DNA of 63,974 nt, the filler included, from Octopus bimaculoides (Eukaryota): the NCBI RefSeq assembly GCF_001194135.2. It is 10 parts of 10 records of this genome, joined end to end, with 100 filler letters (N's around TTAATTAATTAA, not from the genome) between each part and the next. Parts side by side here need not be neighbours in the genome. Positions count along the whole stretch, not along the records: positions 47,040 to 53,502 come from NC_069002.1; positions 53,603 to 56,798 come from NW_026300642.1; positions 56,899 to 61,732 come from NC_068994.1; positions 61,833 to 63,974 come from NW_026431301.1; 6 more parts are not named here. One strand, given 5' to 3'. Shown in pieces: positions 52,111-63,974 of this stretch. Below the pieces are notes generated by a model, which did not search any database, had not been told where the DNA came from, and was given only the letters and a program-made list of their open reading frames with translations. The translations under genes were made by a program, and so were the position numbers. Position 1 is the stretch's first letter, and each line of letters begins with the position of its first letter.

Positions 52111-53179
52111 AACCAGTCCACCGCTTTGGATTAATACTTTATTTTATCGACCCAAGAAAATAAGAAAATAATAGAGAAAGCTGACCTCGGTGTGATTTGA
52201 ACACAGATTGGAAGGTATCATTTCACTGCTGGCTTTGTGACATTAGTTTATTCAGTACAAATAAATCCAAGCGAGGTCATCTTAAGTTCTCCAACATTCG
52301 ATATCGATAAAATAAACATTAGCAAGATAGTAAACTGATTTAATCCTCTCTAATATTGGTACTTCTACTTATGGAAGAAATATATTCCCATAAATCTCTT
52401 CAGTTTAATTCCAATATTCATTTTAAGACCAATATTCCTTCAAACATAATGCAATATGCTATAAGTGGTTTAATATTTACCCAATTTTTGACAGTAACAT
52501 TTCTCGGCCATTTGTGACCGTTCCAGTAACCGTGACAGATTTCAAATAAGGTCGATTCGAATTACGTCTTTTTCGACTTTACGCTGAGTTTTTTTTTTCT
52601 TTTTAAGAGATTAATGGAAAAAAAAAATACACCAGTGCTTGGGCAGTTTACCGTCTTCCTCCGATAGATATACAGTGTCCGCCAACAAAATATATACACA
52701 CTTCAGGAAAGGAAAAATCTGTAAAACTATTTTAATTCGGTGTTATTGCAATTTATTTAGTGTTAAGCACAGGGGTTAATCCTGACGAGCAGATCTGTGG
52801 TATTAAGCAGAATATATGCTATAGCCCATCTTTTATACCAAGACAAAACAATGTATATGATAATACTTCTAATAAGATCAGAGGCCATGAGAGCCACTGC
52901 CCGGTACTCCATCATGCCGCGCTGACAGAATCGTAGGTACGCCTGGCAAAATGATTAGCGCAGTACATTCGCTTTTACGTTCTGAGTTCAAATTTCACCG
53001 AAGACAACTTTGTTTCTCCCTCTTTCTGCGTCAATAAAATAAACACGAGTTAAGCACTTTGTGAGTCCAAATTCCGCTAATCGGGGTAGATAAATTAAAC
53101 ACCAGTGAAATAATGAGGACAATGTAATCGACTAGTCCCCTCCCGCCAAATTTTACACCTTGTATCTATAGTAGAAAGG

Positions 53180-53236
<57 letters not shown>

Positions 53237-53239
<3 letters not shown>

Positions 53240-53502
53240 TAGTTTTATTTTTATTCAGTAGTTTTATTTTTATAATGTGCTTTCACTTCACTACCGAGCG
53301 CAGCTCTGTGTGCCTTGGGTATGTGCTGTGATTTGCTGTGATGCTTTTATAGATATTGTATTGAAAGTGTTTTGCGTAGGATGTGTGCAGTGCCCAGTAG
53401 TGCAATTTTCTGTATGTTATATATATTTGAAAGTCCTGGTGTTTTTGTTATGTATGTGTCTGAATATTTTTTTATTATACCTAAGGCACCTACTATGATA
53501 GG
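53237..53502 (-). mobile_element. R4/Dong-like non-LTR 3' end running into (TAA)n at 53181-53236
   Basis: PIIVGALGIIKKYSDTYITKTPGLSNIYNIQKIALLGTAHILRKTLSIQYL* (stop 53347-53349), then a short 3'UTR and TAA repeats. Confidence 0.85.
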
Positions 53503-53602
53503 NNNNNNNNNNNNNNNNNNNNNNNNNNNNNNNNNNNNNNNNNNNNTTAATTAATTAANNNNNNNNNNNNNNNNNNNNNNNNNNNNNNNNNNNNNNNNNN
53601 NN

Positions 53603-54169
53603 GTTGTTGTTGTTGTTGCTGCTTGTGTTGTTGTTGTTGTTGTTGTTGCCGCCGCCGTTGCTGTTGTGATTGGCACCACTTCCCGCCACATGTGCCGCAG
53701 CCGCCGCCGCCGCCGCCGCCGCCGCTGCCACGGCACATGTGGTGAGCGTCGACACGGACGATGACGACACAGCAACAGACGAAGGAGAGTACTGTTGTTG
53801 TTGTTGTTGTTGTTGTTGTTGCAATTGGTGTTGCTGATGGAGGGAGACAATGGACGATGAAGTAGTAGTAGAAGACGACGAGGAAGACGATGCTGTTGCT
53901 GCAGCTGCATTCACCACGATTCCACCCCCGGCGGCAGCGGCTGCGACACCCCCGCCGCCGCCGCTGCTGCTCACGCCGGTTCCAGACACACCGCCGCCGC
54001 CACCACCGCCGCCGCCTCCACCACATCCTGTACGGTTGCTGGCACCACCAGGCTGGGATGCTGTTGTTTGTAGCTGCTGTGAAGGTTCCTCCTGGAGTAG
54101 GTGATGTTGTTGATGAGGATGATGATGATGATGATGATGATTGTAGTGCTGCTGCTGATGCTGCTGCTG
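53603..54169 (-). CDS. Fragment of a low-complexity coding exon (poly-Q/H/G/A/S/N), probably the N-terminal disordered region of a regulatory protein
   Basis: GC-rich open frame of about 189 codons with mixed-codon homopolymers joined by unique linkers (LLQEEPSQQLQTTASQPGGASNRTG; YSPSSVAVSSSSVSTLTTCAV). Both ends lie in gaps. Confidence 0.65.
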
Positions 54170-55419
54170 NNNNNNNNNNNNNNNNNNNNNNNNNNNNNNN
54201 NNNNNNNNNNNNNNNNNNNNNNNNNNNNNNNNNNNNNNNNNNNNNNNNNNNNNNNNNNNNNNNNNNNNNNNNNNNNNNNNNNNNNNNNNNNNNNNNNNNN
54301 NNNNNNNNNNNNNNNNNNNNNNNNNNNNNNNNNNNNNNNNNNNNNNNNNNNNNNNNNNNNNNNNNNNNNNNNNNNNNNNNNNNNNNNNNNNNNNNNNNNN
54401 NNNNNNNNNNNNNNNNNNNNNNNNNNNNNNNNNNNNNNNNNNNNNNNNNNNNNNNNNNNNNNNNNNNNNNNNNNNNNNNNNNNNNNNNNNNNNNNNNNNN
54501 NNNNNNNNNNNNNNNNNNNNNNNNNNNNNNNNNNNNNNNNNNNNNNNNNNNNNNNNNNNNNNNNNNNNNNNNNNNNNNNNNNNNNNNNNNNNNNNNNNNN
54601 NNNNNNNNNNNNNNNNNNNNNNNNNNNNNNNNNNNNNNNNNNNNNNNNNNNNNNNNNNNNNNNNNNNNNNNNNNNNNNNNNNNNNNNNNNNNNNNNNNNN
54701 NNNNNNNNNNNNNNNNNNNNNNNNNNNNNNNNNNNNNNNNNNNNNNNNNNNNNNNNNNNNNNNNNNNNNNGAGGGCGAAGCGAAGAGAGAGAGAGACACA
54801 CACACACACAGCAAAAAAAAAAGAGGAGATAAATAAGTTAATGGAACCGGAGCGGATAGAGAAAGAGAAAGAGAGAGAGAGAGAGAGAGCGGGAGAGTGA
54901 GAGACAGCGTGAAAAATTGAGTGAGAGAGAGGCAGAAAAAAGGCAGGAAGTTACAGTGGAGGATGAGGGATTGCAAGAGAGAGAGAACGAAAAAGTAAAA
55001 ATTGTGAGTGAGGGTAACTAAAGTAAGAAGAAAAAGAATATAAGCGAAGAGAGAGAGAGAAGCAAGCGAACGTGCTAAAAAGGGGGAGGAAGAACGAAAG
55101 GGCGAGAAGAGATGGACAGAGAGCTTTTGAGAGTGAGAGACGGCGGCAGCGGCTACTACATTACTTTAGCAAGGTGGGGGAGTGGAGAGGACGGAGAAGG
55201 TGAGAGAGAGAGAATTCGAAGTAGAAGAAGACGATGAAGACGTGATAGAAGAACGGATAAAAGGAGACACGCGCGCAGGCAGCTTCCTTTGTATTTTCTG
55301 TCTTTATTTTTGTCTTTTTCTTTGCTCTCTTTCCGTCTCTCTATCTTTCGTATCATCTCTCTATCCTATCGACTTCTACACAACAAAATCCAACTACTTA
55401 TATATACATATATATACAC

Positions 55420-55470
<51 letters not shown>

Positions 55471-56201
55471 AATATATGTATATATATATGTATATGTATA
55501 CGTGTATGTATATATAGATACATGTATGTTTTCTACGTATGTATATAATGCACGTGTACATTTCTTTGTACAGCTCAAAGTTGTTTTACGATACATAGAG
55601 ATAACATGTATATATACATTCGTATATTTAAATCGATACTCATTTTATATATTTAATATNNNNNNNNNNNNNNNNNNNNNNNNNNNNNNNNNNNNNNNNN
55701 NNNNNNNNNNNNNNNNNNNNNNNNNNNNNNNNNNNNNNNNNNNNNNNNNNNNNNNNNNNNNNNNNNNNNNNNNNNNNNNNNNNNNNNNNNNNNNNNNNNN
55801 NNNNNNNNNNNNNNNNNNNNNNNNNNNNNNNNNNNNNNNNNNNNNNNNNNNNNNNNNNNNNNNNNNNNNNNNNNNNNNNNNNNNNNNNNNNNNNNNNNNN
55901 NNNNNNNNNNNNNNNNNNNNNNNNNNNNNNNNNNNNNNNNNNNNNNNNNNNNNNNNNNNNNNNNNNNNNNNNNNNNNNNNNNNNNNNNNNNNNNNNNNNN
56001 NNNNNNNNNNNNNNNNNNNNNNNNNNNNNNNNNNNNNNNNNNNNNNNNNNNNNNNNNNNNNNNNNNNNNNNNNNNNNNNNNNNNNNNNNNNNNNNNNNNN
56101 NNNNNNNNNNNNNNNNNNNNNNNNNNNNNNNNNNNNNNNNNNNNNNNNNNNNNNNNNNNNNNNNNNNNNNNNNNNNNNNNNNNNNNNNNNNNNNNNNNNN
56201 N

Positions 56202-56241
<40 letters not shown>

Positions 56242-57289
56242 TCACACACCTCTGAGTGTAGGAGAGAGATAGCTTGGCAGGGGAATGGGGAAATAAGCGA
56301 CAGAGAGAGAGAGAGAGAGAATATATGTGTAAGTAAGAGAGAAAAGATAGACGGTCATTGAGGTATAGAGAGAGATGCTGAGAGAGTGAGTCTGGTTGGA
56401 GGTAGGGGTCAGTCAGCTAGCCAAAGAGAGAGAGAGAGAGAGAGTGGGGTGAGGAGCCAAGTGCTATAAAGTGATGACAATCAGTTGTCGGAATTTGAAA
56501 GGTAAAAACAGTAACAGACAGATGACAGACATGAAAAACAAACCAGACAAGCTAGAGGGAGAGACTGTAGGTAGATAGAGAAATTTATAGAAGTGGAGGT
56601 AGATAGGTAGAGAGAGAGAGAGAAAGAGAGACTGTATAGACAGAGAGAGTGATGATGCTAGTGTGAAGGAGAAAAGTGTCTGAGATTGAGAGTGCAATAG
56701 AAAGTATGTGTGCAGGTGAGAAAGAGAGAGAGAGAGATTGGGAGATATGCAGAAGATAAGAGATCAAGCGAGTTAGAAATAGTATTTTGTATATATATNN
56801 NNNNNNNNNNNNNNNNNNNNNNNNNNNNNNNNNNNNNNNNNNTTAATTAATTAANNNNNNNNNNNNNNNNNNNNNNNNNNNNNNNNNNNNNNNNNNNNCA
56901 CCACCACCACCACCACCACCACCAGCAGCAGCAGCAGCAGCAGCAACAAAAGTGGCCAGAAACGACATTTCCATTACCGCGGTAACGTGTGAGCAATCTG
57001 CGCGGTCACTGGAACCTTTTTAGATACGGCAGTTAAATCACACCCTACCGTCTCAAAACAGGAAGGACTTATGAGACAATGAAATCTTAGATATCAAATA
57101 TCAAAAATTAGAAAAAGAAATGCCTTTAATCATTGGAATGCTTTTAATCATTGGTCTGCTGCATCGCAGCTGGCCCAGGGCGAAACAACAACAACAAGAA
57201 GAAAAACAACAACGTATTGATCGCTGTAATCGTTATAAACACATTCCATATACGCCACACAATGTTTCAGGCTACATCCTGGGATATAC

Positions 57290-57540
57290 TCTTTACTTGT
57301 TTCAGTCATTTGACTGTGGCCATGCTGGAACACTGCCTTTAGTCGAGCAAATCGACCCCAGGACTTATTCTTTGTAAGCCTAGTACTTATNNNNNNNNNN
57401 TTATTCTTTGTAAGCCTAGTACTTATTCTATCGCTCTCTTTTGCCGAACCGCTAAGTTACCGGGACGTAAACACACCAGCATCGGTTGTCAAGCGACACT
57501 GAGGGGACAAACATATACACACACATACATATATATACGA
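57290..57540 (-). mobile_element. SINE family B 3' half; a fuller copy lies at about 60790-61160 (-)
   Basis: TTTCAGTCATTTGACTGTGGCCATGCTGG...CAAATCGACCCCAG...GACGTAAACAC. Confidence 0.8.
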
Positions 57541-57544
57541 CAGT

Positions 57545-58100
57545 ATTAACGGGTTGATCTCAAGCCCAAGGAACTTTAGGACTGGGACGACCTGTTGAAG
57601 GTCTCCAGCTACTGACTCATCCGGGCTACCCAGGATTGCATCATCCAGACACCGAACATTGAAGGGTGAGCAGACTGATCAGGCAACTTCATAGACAACC
57701 AATGCAAAAAGGAAAAGGCCAATAGGGTCACCCTGCTGGACACCTGTGACAGAAGCGATCCTGTTGTCAACAGCCATGAGTGTGATGGATGTCTCATAGG
57801 AGATGTATGAAAGTGGGTGTAATGAGGGAGAGGGAGCATGTCTTTGACTCATCTCCAAGATGTGGTCCTGCCTAACGCTGTTGAGGGCGTTTTTTTATGT
57901 CCAGCTTCAGTAGGGGGCAAGGTGATGAGGGAGGTGTATTCTGTATGTAGTGTCGTTCACGAACAACATGGACGTGGCTAGGGATTTACACACTTTTGCA
58001 CAGATGCATCAACGATGGGCACGTCTTGCAGCAGGTGCTCAGAGGAAGCTTACCACCCATGCTGACACACGCCTTCATTCCAACGCAGAATCTTTCGTTG
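57545..58100 (-). mobile_element. CRE-clade-like non-LTR reverse transcriptase fossil
   Basis: VHVVRE...LLKLDIK.(frameshift)NSVRQDHIL...IASVTGVQQGDPIGLFLFAL...LDDAILG...LGLEINP, characteristic of CRE-type RT domains. Confidence 0.8.
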
Positions 58101-58534
58101 ACTATTTAGGCAATACATAATACAGATGTTGAAAACCAAGCGATGCCTGTCCCTGAAGCTTTTTAAACTGAGGAAAAACCTTGCACAAGGCCAATCCTAT
58201 TCTCTAAACAACGTAAGCATCTTCTCTAGAACTAGTTTACATCATTGAATGCAAAAGAAAGTCGCAGATGTTATTTCAGACGTTTCCTTCTCTAGAGAGA
58301 TGTCTAAACAAAGACTAAGTGTTTCTCACTCCCAGCTGTTGGATGGTCGTTGATTATACTGAGCTGAACCGCCTTTTGGCAGGTTTTATTTTTCGTTCTG
58401 CAGGGTGTCCAGTGACAAGCTACCCCCATTACCAAGCAACCTTGGTATGGTAGGAGTGCCGTCTTAATTGCCAACGGTCCAATCTCGTGACAGATTGTAA
58501 CTCGGTTGCACGTTTCCAGTAGCACTAAGAGTCA

Positions 58535-58545
58535 CCACACACACA

Positions 58546-58630
<85 letters not shown>
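58535..58630. repeat. (CA)n microsatellite; one of many CA/TA/TACA/GA tracts in the window
   Basis: Direct reading. Confidence 0.97.
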
Positions 58631-58636
<6 letters not shown>

Positions 58637-59165
58637 ATAAAATTAAAATACCTTATTCAGGTTTTCCCGACGTTGCGTAACGCAACACCACCTTCAACAT
58701 AACACATGTTTTACCCCGTGATGTGAGCGTTCCAATGATTACAAACCTATACAGATATGCGCAGAAACACAAAAACGGCACAACAACGTGAATAAAAAGT
58801 AAAATATATTTAATTATTACAATGACTCACTTCGGGTGAAATAAAACTATAAACGCATTCTTACTATGCGTCTTTTCTTGGCAGCTTCTCTGAGAGAACT
58901 TTCCGATTTTCTTCTCTCAATTAAAAGCATGGATATTTAACCTTTATATAAAACAGTCATAAATTAGGCTAGCATTGTAGAGGAAAGTTTAATTTACATA
59001 TTTTTGCTTTTGGTGGCTAGTCATTTGTTATACGGGGTGATTGAAAAGTAACTCGCTATTTTGAAATACTTGGAAGTTATTTGTTAACTATAATTTTTAG
59101 AAAAAAATGAATATGTGAAGAAAAGGATAGCATGGAGTTTTATTTAAAATTCGATATAGGCACTT

Positions 59166-59593
59166 GTGAAGACATACAAGGAAACCGAACGAAAACAGAC
59201 ATGGAGGGTCGTTAGACCGGAACGGAAAATAGTGAACGCTGGGAGAGACATCCGGGCAGGAAAAGAAAGATGGTCACGCGAGGAAAAGAAGGATGGACGA
59301 TGGTCACGTGTGAGCAACGAAAGAGAGAGAAAAAGGAAAAGAGGGGAGAGAGAGACAGATAAAAAAACGGTGAAGGTGAGGGAGAAAGGGAATTGGAGAA
59401 GAAGGAAGAAAAGACGAGAGAAAGAAGACAGTACACAAAAAATGGGTGAAGATAAACTTGGTAGGAGTGCCGTCTCTCTCTTCTCTCTTTTCTCTTTTCA
59501 AAAATGTCTCTCCCAGCGTTCACTATTCTCTTTTCGTTCCGGGTTAACGACCCTCCATGTCTGTTTTCATTCGATTTGCTTGTGTATCTCCAC
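59166..59593. repeat. Long imperfect inverted repeat; arms 59166-59251 and 59504-59593 around a purine-rich spacer
   Basis: Left arm GAAAACAGACATGGAGGGTCGTTAGACCGGAACG..AATAGTGAACGCTGGGAGAGACAT versus the reverse complement of the right arm. Confidence 0.9.
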
Positions 59594-61165
59594 TGTTATT
59601 CTTTTGTTCCCAACTTTGACGCTCCATAAATCTTAAACCGTATTTTAGAATTTATGGGAGCTATTGTCTTTGAAGACGCATATTGTCGTTTGAATGCTTG
59701 AAATGAGGAGTAGACAGACAGCCGACAACTTATGAAGGGTCCATTTTCTGTGTTAACTTGTCCTGTTTTCCATTTTTTTCTCGTTGCTTACATATTTCAG
59801 TCGTTTTTGTCCTGTAACTACTGTCCACGTCTTATATCTATCGCTCGTGTGTATGTTATTTGCACTGTTAGTGACGTCCTGTACCCATATATGCATGTAT
59901 ATATATATATATATATATAAACAATATATGAGTATATGCATATATATGTACATGTATGTATATACGTTCATCTACGTGTACATATAGATACATAACTGGG
60001 TACATGACGTGGCAAAAGAACAAGGACAAAATGGTAAACAAGGTGCAACAAACNNNNNNNNNNNNNNNNNNNNNNNNNNNNNNNNNNNNNNNNNNNNNNN
60101 NNNNNNNNNNNNNNNNNNNNNNNNNNNNNNNNNNNNNNNNNNNNNNNNNNNNNNNNNNNNNNNNNNNNNNNNNNNNNNNNNNNNNNNNNNNNNNNNNNNN
60201 NNNNNNNNNNNNNNNNNNNNNNNNNNNNNNNNNNNNNNNNNNNNNNNNNNNNNNNNNNNNNNNNNNNNNNNNNNNNNNNNNNNNNNNNNNNNNNNNNNNN
60301 NNNNNNNNNNNNNNNNNNNNNNNNNNNNNNNNNNNNNNNNNNNNNNNNNNNNNNNNNNNNNNNNNNNNNNNNNNNNNNNNNNNNNNNNNNNNNNNNNNNN
60401 NNNNNNNNNNNNNNNNNNNNNNNNNNNNNNNNNNNNNNNNNNNNNNNNNNNNNNNNNNNNNNNNNNNNNNNNNNNNNNNNNNNNNNNNNNNNNNNNNNNN
60501 NNNNNNNNNNNNNNNNNNNNNNNNNNNNNNNNNNNNNNNNNNNNNNNNNNNNNNNNNNNNNNNNNNNNNNNNNNNNNNNNNNNNNNNNNNNNNNNNNNNN
60601 NNNNNNNNNNNNNNNNNNNNNNNNNNNNNNNNNNNNNNNNNNNNNNNNNNNNNNNNNNNNNNNNNNNNNNNNNNNNNNNNNNNNNNNNNNNNNNNNNNNN
60701 NNNNNNNNNNNNNNNNNNNNNNNNNNNNNNNNNNNNNNNNNATATGTATATGTATATATGTATTTATTCTTTTATTCTTTATTCTTTTATTCTTTATTTG
60801 TTTCAGTCATTTGATTGCGGCCATACTGGAGCATTGCGTTGAAGGGTTTTAGTCAAACAAATCGACCCCAGAGTGGATCTTTTTTAGGCCCAGTACTTAT
60901 CCTATCGGTCTCTTTTACGGGGACGTAAACACAGCAACACCGGTTGTCAAGCTATGATGGGTGAACAAAGACACACACACACATAGATACATACATATGT
61001 AAATACGACAGGCTTCTTTCAGTTTCCGTCTACCAAATCACTCACAAGGCTTTTGTCGACCCGAAGTTATCGTAGAAAACACTTGCCCAAGGTGCTACGC
61101 ACTGCGACTGAACCCGGAACCGTGTGGTTGGGAAGCAAGCTTTTTACCACACAGCCACGCCAGAC

Positions 61166-61212
<47 letters not shown>

Positions 61213-63394
61213 ATCTTTTCCTTGATTCAGTCAGTAGACTGTGGCCATGCTGGGGAAACGCCTTGCAGGACCTTAGTTGATCGCATATTGAAACAGCTGT
61301 AAGGGATGTTTGTCAGTTTTTAATTGATAAATAGTAATTTATTAATGACCTCTCTATTCTATTATCTTTATTATGATAAATAGATATATATAAACCACAG
61401 TTTATATAGTTACCTTGCAGTTGGTGTTAACTGTAATGTTCAACATTCTTTGTATATTTGTATAGGTAGCTATCCAGTACTTTCATAGGATTTTGCCGTC
61501 CCTCAATGAGATTTGTAACCATTATTTGTACTTATATATATATGCCTTCGAAACGCGGAGTAGATGGAACAGGGACAACTGACGAAGGGGTATACTCTTT
61601 ATGTTGCATGTCTCGTTTCTCATTGTGTTTAACGTTTTTCTTGATGTCCTGTACCCATGTATGCATGTATGTATACATATAGATGTAGGTATGTACATAT
61701 ATGTATGGATATATGCATATATTTATATATTANNNNNNNNNNNNNNNNNNNNNNNNNNNNNNNNNNNNNNNNNNNNTTAATTAATTAANNNNNNNNNNNN
61801 NNNNNNNNNNNNNNNNNNNNNNNNNNNNNNNNGCTCAACTTTCTCTGTCATGGTCAATGTGGTGATCACAAGTTACACACCTTCTTTCCGAGCACCGCTG
61901 TAAATAGCGGAAGTGAGCTCTAGCTAAAACTTAGTGCGCATGCACACCAGAGTTCAAGGTCTATCTGTGCGAAGCAGCTTCACTCTGCATACTTTAGCTT
62001 TGTTACTATGGCAATAGTCCGGATACTTATTGATCATACCATGTATATAACCTCATTATGCAAATTATCAGAAGCATCTGTAGAACAGTGTAACTGAAGG
62101 CACAGAGTAGAATCAGCAAGCAAACGGAAGATGGAGGTCAAGGCTATGGCCTTTCTTACGCATAACATAAGAATTCCATGGCTATTACCCCCATATTAAC
62201 TGTATAGTTAATATGGGGGTAATAGCATAGTTCAGGATATTTCTATCCAGTAATTTTGGAACATTTTTTTCTTTAAGTGTGTGCAGTATTAAGGTGTTTT
62301 CTATTACATGATACAATCTTGAAACTCTCCTTTGTACTCAGGGATGTTTACCTCACCAGTAGGGTATTGCACGTCCTAGCATTGACCAATACAATTTATA
62401 AGTAATCTCAGAATCCTCCAAATTATGGATATCATCAACTTGTAAAGTGAAATGGTTTAGGCCAAAGGTGGAAAACGAGTACCTATGCATAGAAATACAT
62501 TGGTTCACAAAGTTAATACAAGGTTAATTGTGGTGCCTTCGTAAAATTTTCTATTATGACGTCCCCACATACAAGAAAAGATTTCACTGTAAAAAATGCT
62601 GAAAACATTTGTGACTAATTGTATGATATGGAGGTATTAGCCATGGAATTCTTATAGNNNNNNNNNNNNNNNNNNNNNNNNNNNNNNNNNNNNNNNNNNN
62701 NNNNNNNNNNNNNNNNNNNNNNNNNNNNNNNNNNNNNNNNNNNNNNNNNNNNNNNNNNNNNNNNNNNNNNNNNNNNNNNNNNNNNNNNNNNNNNNNNNNN
62801 NNNNNNNNNNNNNNNNNNNNNNNNNNNNNNNNNNNNNNNNNNNNNNNNNNNNNNNNNNNNNNNNNNNNNNNNNNNNNNNNNNNNNNNNNNNNNNNNNNNN
62901 NNNNNNNNNNNNNNNNNNNNNNNNNNNNNNNNNNNNNNNNNNNNNNNNNNNNNNNNNNNNNNNNNNNNNNNNNNNNNNNNNNNNNCATCAACTTGTAAAG
63001 TGAAATGGTTTAGGCCAAAGGTGGAAAACGAGTACCTATGCATAGAAATACATTGGTTCACAAAGTTAATACAAGGTTAATTGTGGTGCCTTCGTAAAAT
63101 TTTCTATTATGACGTCCCCACATACAAGAAAAGATTTCACTGTAAAAAATGCTGAAAACATTTGTGACTAATTGTATGATATGGAGGTATTAGCCATGGA
63201 ATTCTTATAGGACATAAATACCTAGAACAATTAGTGAAAGCTTGATATTTATTCTATCAAGCCATTCTCATTCACAAGTAACCACTCGTTTTACTCTTTT
63301 GAAAGTGAAGTTCAATGACTGAAGGGAAGCAATTAAATTCTTCTAAATAATACCTGTATGGAAAGTTAATATTAAAACGATTTTGGTATTTTAG

Positions 63395-63531
63395 GAAAAT
63401 TTGACGTTGGACAGAATTTGGGCCTTAGACATCGGGATTGGTCACATGTAGTAACATCATGGAACGCTGAGAATGCAAGCTTCACTTATAATGGAAGAAA
63501 TAATTTTAAACTGACAGGCCATTATGGTCAG
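63395..63531 (+). CDS. Internal exon encoding a concanavalin-A/LamG/pentraxin-like segment
   Basis: TTTTAG|GA-KFDVGQNLGLRHRDWSHVVTSWNAENASFTYNGRNNFKLTGHYGQ|GTATGT. 137 nt, open frame. W.HV..SW.......Y.G resembles the LamG_3/pentraxin signature. Confidence 0.7.
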
Positions 63532-63600
63532 GTATGTATAATGTATATAATATAATATATATAATCTATTTAATATCATATTATAATGTTGGTTATTCAT

Positions 63601-63633
<33 letters not shown>

Positions 63634-63974
63634 TGTGTAATAAAAGGTTGAATGTAGGTTCTTCCTTTAATTTTGGAGGTTTCCAAAAGTGATTTCTAAT
63701 GTTGATTTTTTATATTTTGCTAGTAGTTTACAGGAGTAAATTTGCGAAGAGCGCATTGATATATTTAATTGATTTAATTTAATGTAATTCAATTATGAAT
63801 TTGCATTATTATTTTTATATCTCTGTACGAAACGGTCGTCTGCAGGAATTAATCTTCTTATATATTTTAACAATTTGTTTCCTCCGTTTTTAAATAAATT
63901 GATGAGTTTTATGGGACCTCTTTCCATAAATTCACCATACGTTATATATATATGTATATATATGTATATATATA

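Noticed and set aside
57365-57426. Exact 26-bp duplication across a 10-N gap
   Set aside because: Contig-overlap assembly artefact.
62433-63210. Identical 225-bp direct repeat (62433-62657 and 62986-63210) resembling LTRs
   Set aside because: The copies abut both sides of an N gap and appear identical, so this is an unmerged contig overlap.

Overview
AT-rich, microsatellite-dense animal genomic DNA. The SINE/LINE repertoire looks octopod (Octopus-like), which is an inference. The window is not one locus: nine identical 100-bp spacers (N44-TTAATTAATTAA-N44) join ten probably unlinked scaffold pieces, so adjacency across them carries no information. Genes, most of them missed by the ORF track because the exons are short: a complete 4-exon TXNDC17/TRP14 thioredoxin (19262-33264, +, 123 aa, WCPDC); the first coding exon of an LBP/BPI-family gene (733-847, -); a probable first coding exon of a LONRF-like TPR protein (42632-42885, +); a LamG/pentraxin-like internal exon (63395-63531, +); a homopolymer-rich exon fragment (53603-54169, -); and an orphan transmembrane exon candidate (5042-5223, +). 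The rest is transposon debris: tRNA-derived SINEs, Penelope-like elements, RTE and other LINEs, three restriction-like-endonuclease non-LTR clades (R4/Dong-like next to TAA repeats, HERO-like, CRE-like), Tc1/mariner fossils, a pogo-type TIR element, a Merlin transposase fossil, and an intact Merlin-like MITE carrying a central telomeric-repeat palindrome. I found no rRNA, tRNA gene or CRISPR array. I cannot demonstrate a new biological system. The best leads are the telomere-palindrome MITE, hammerhead-like motifs at Penelope ends, TAA-associated Dong-like insertions, a set of short perfect fold-backs and several orphan exons. Repeat coordinates are approximate unless a TSD or TIR is quoted.
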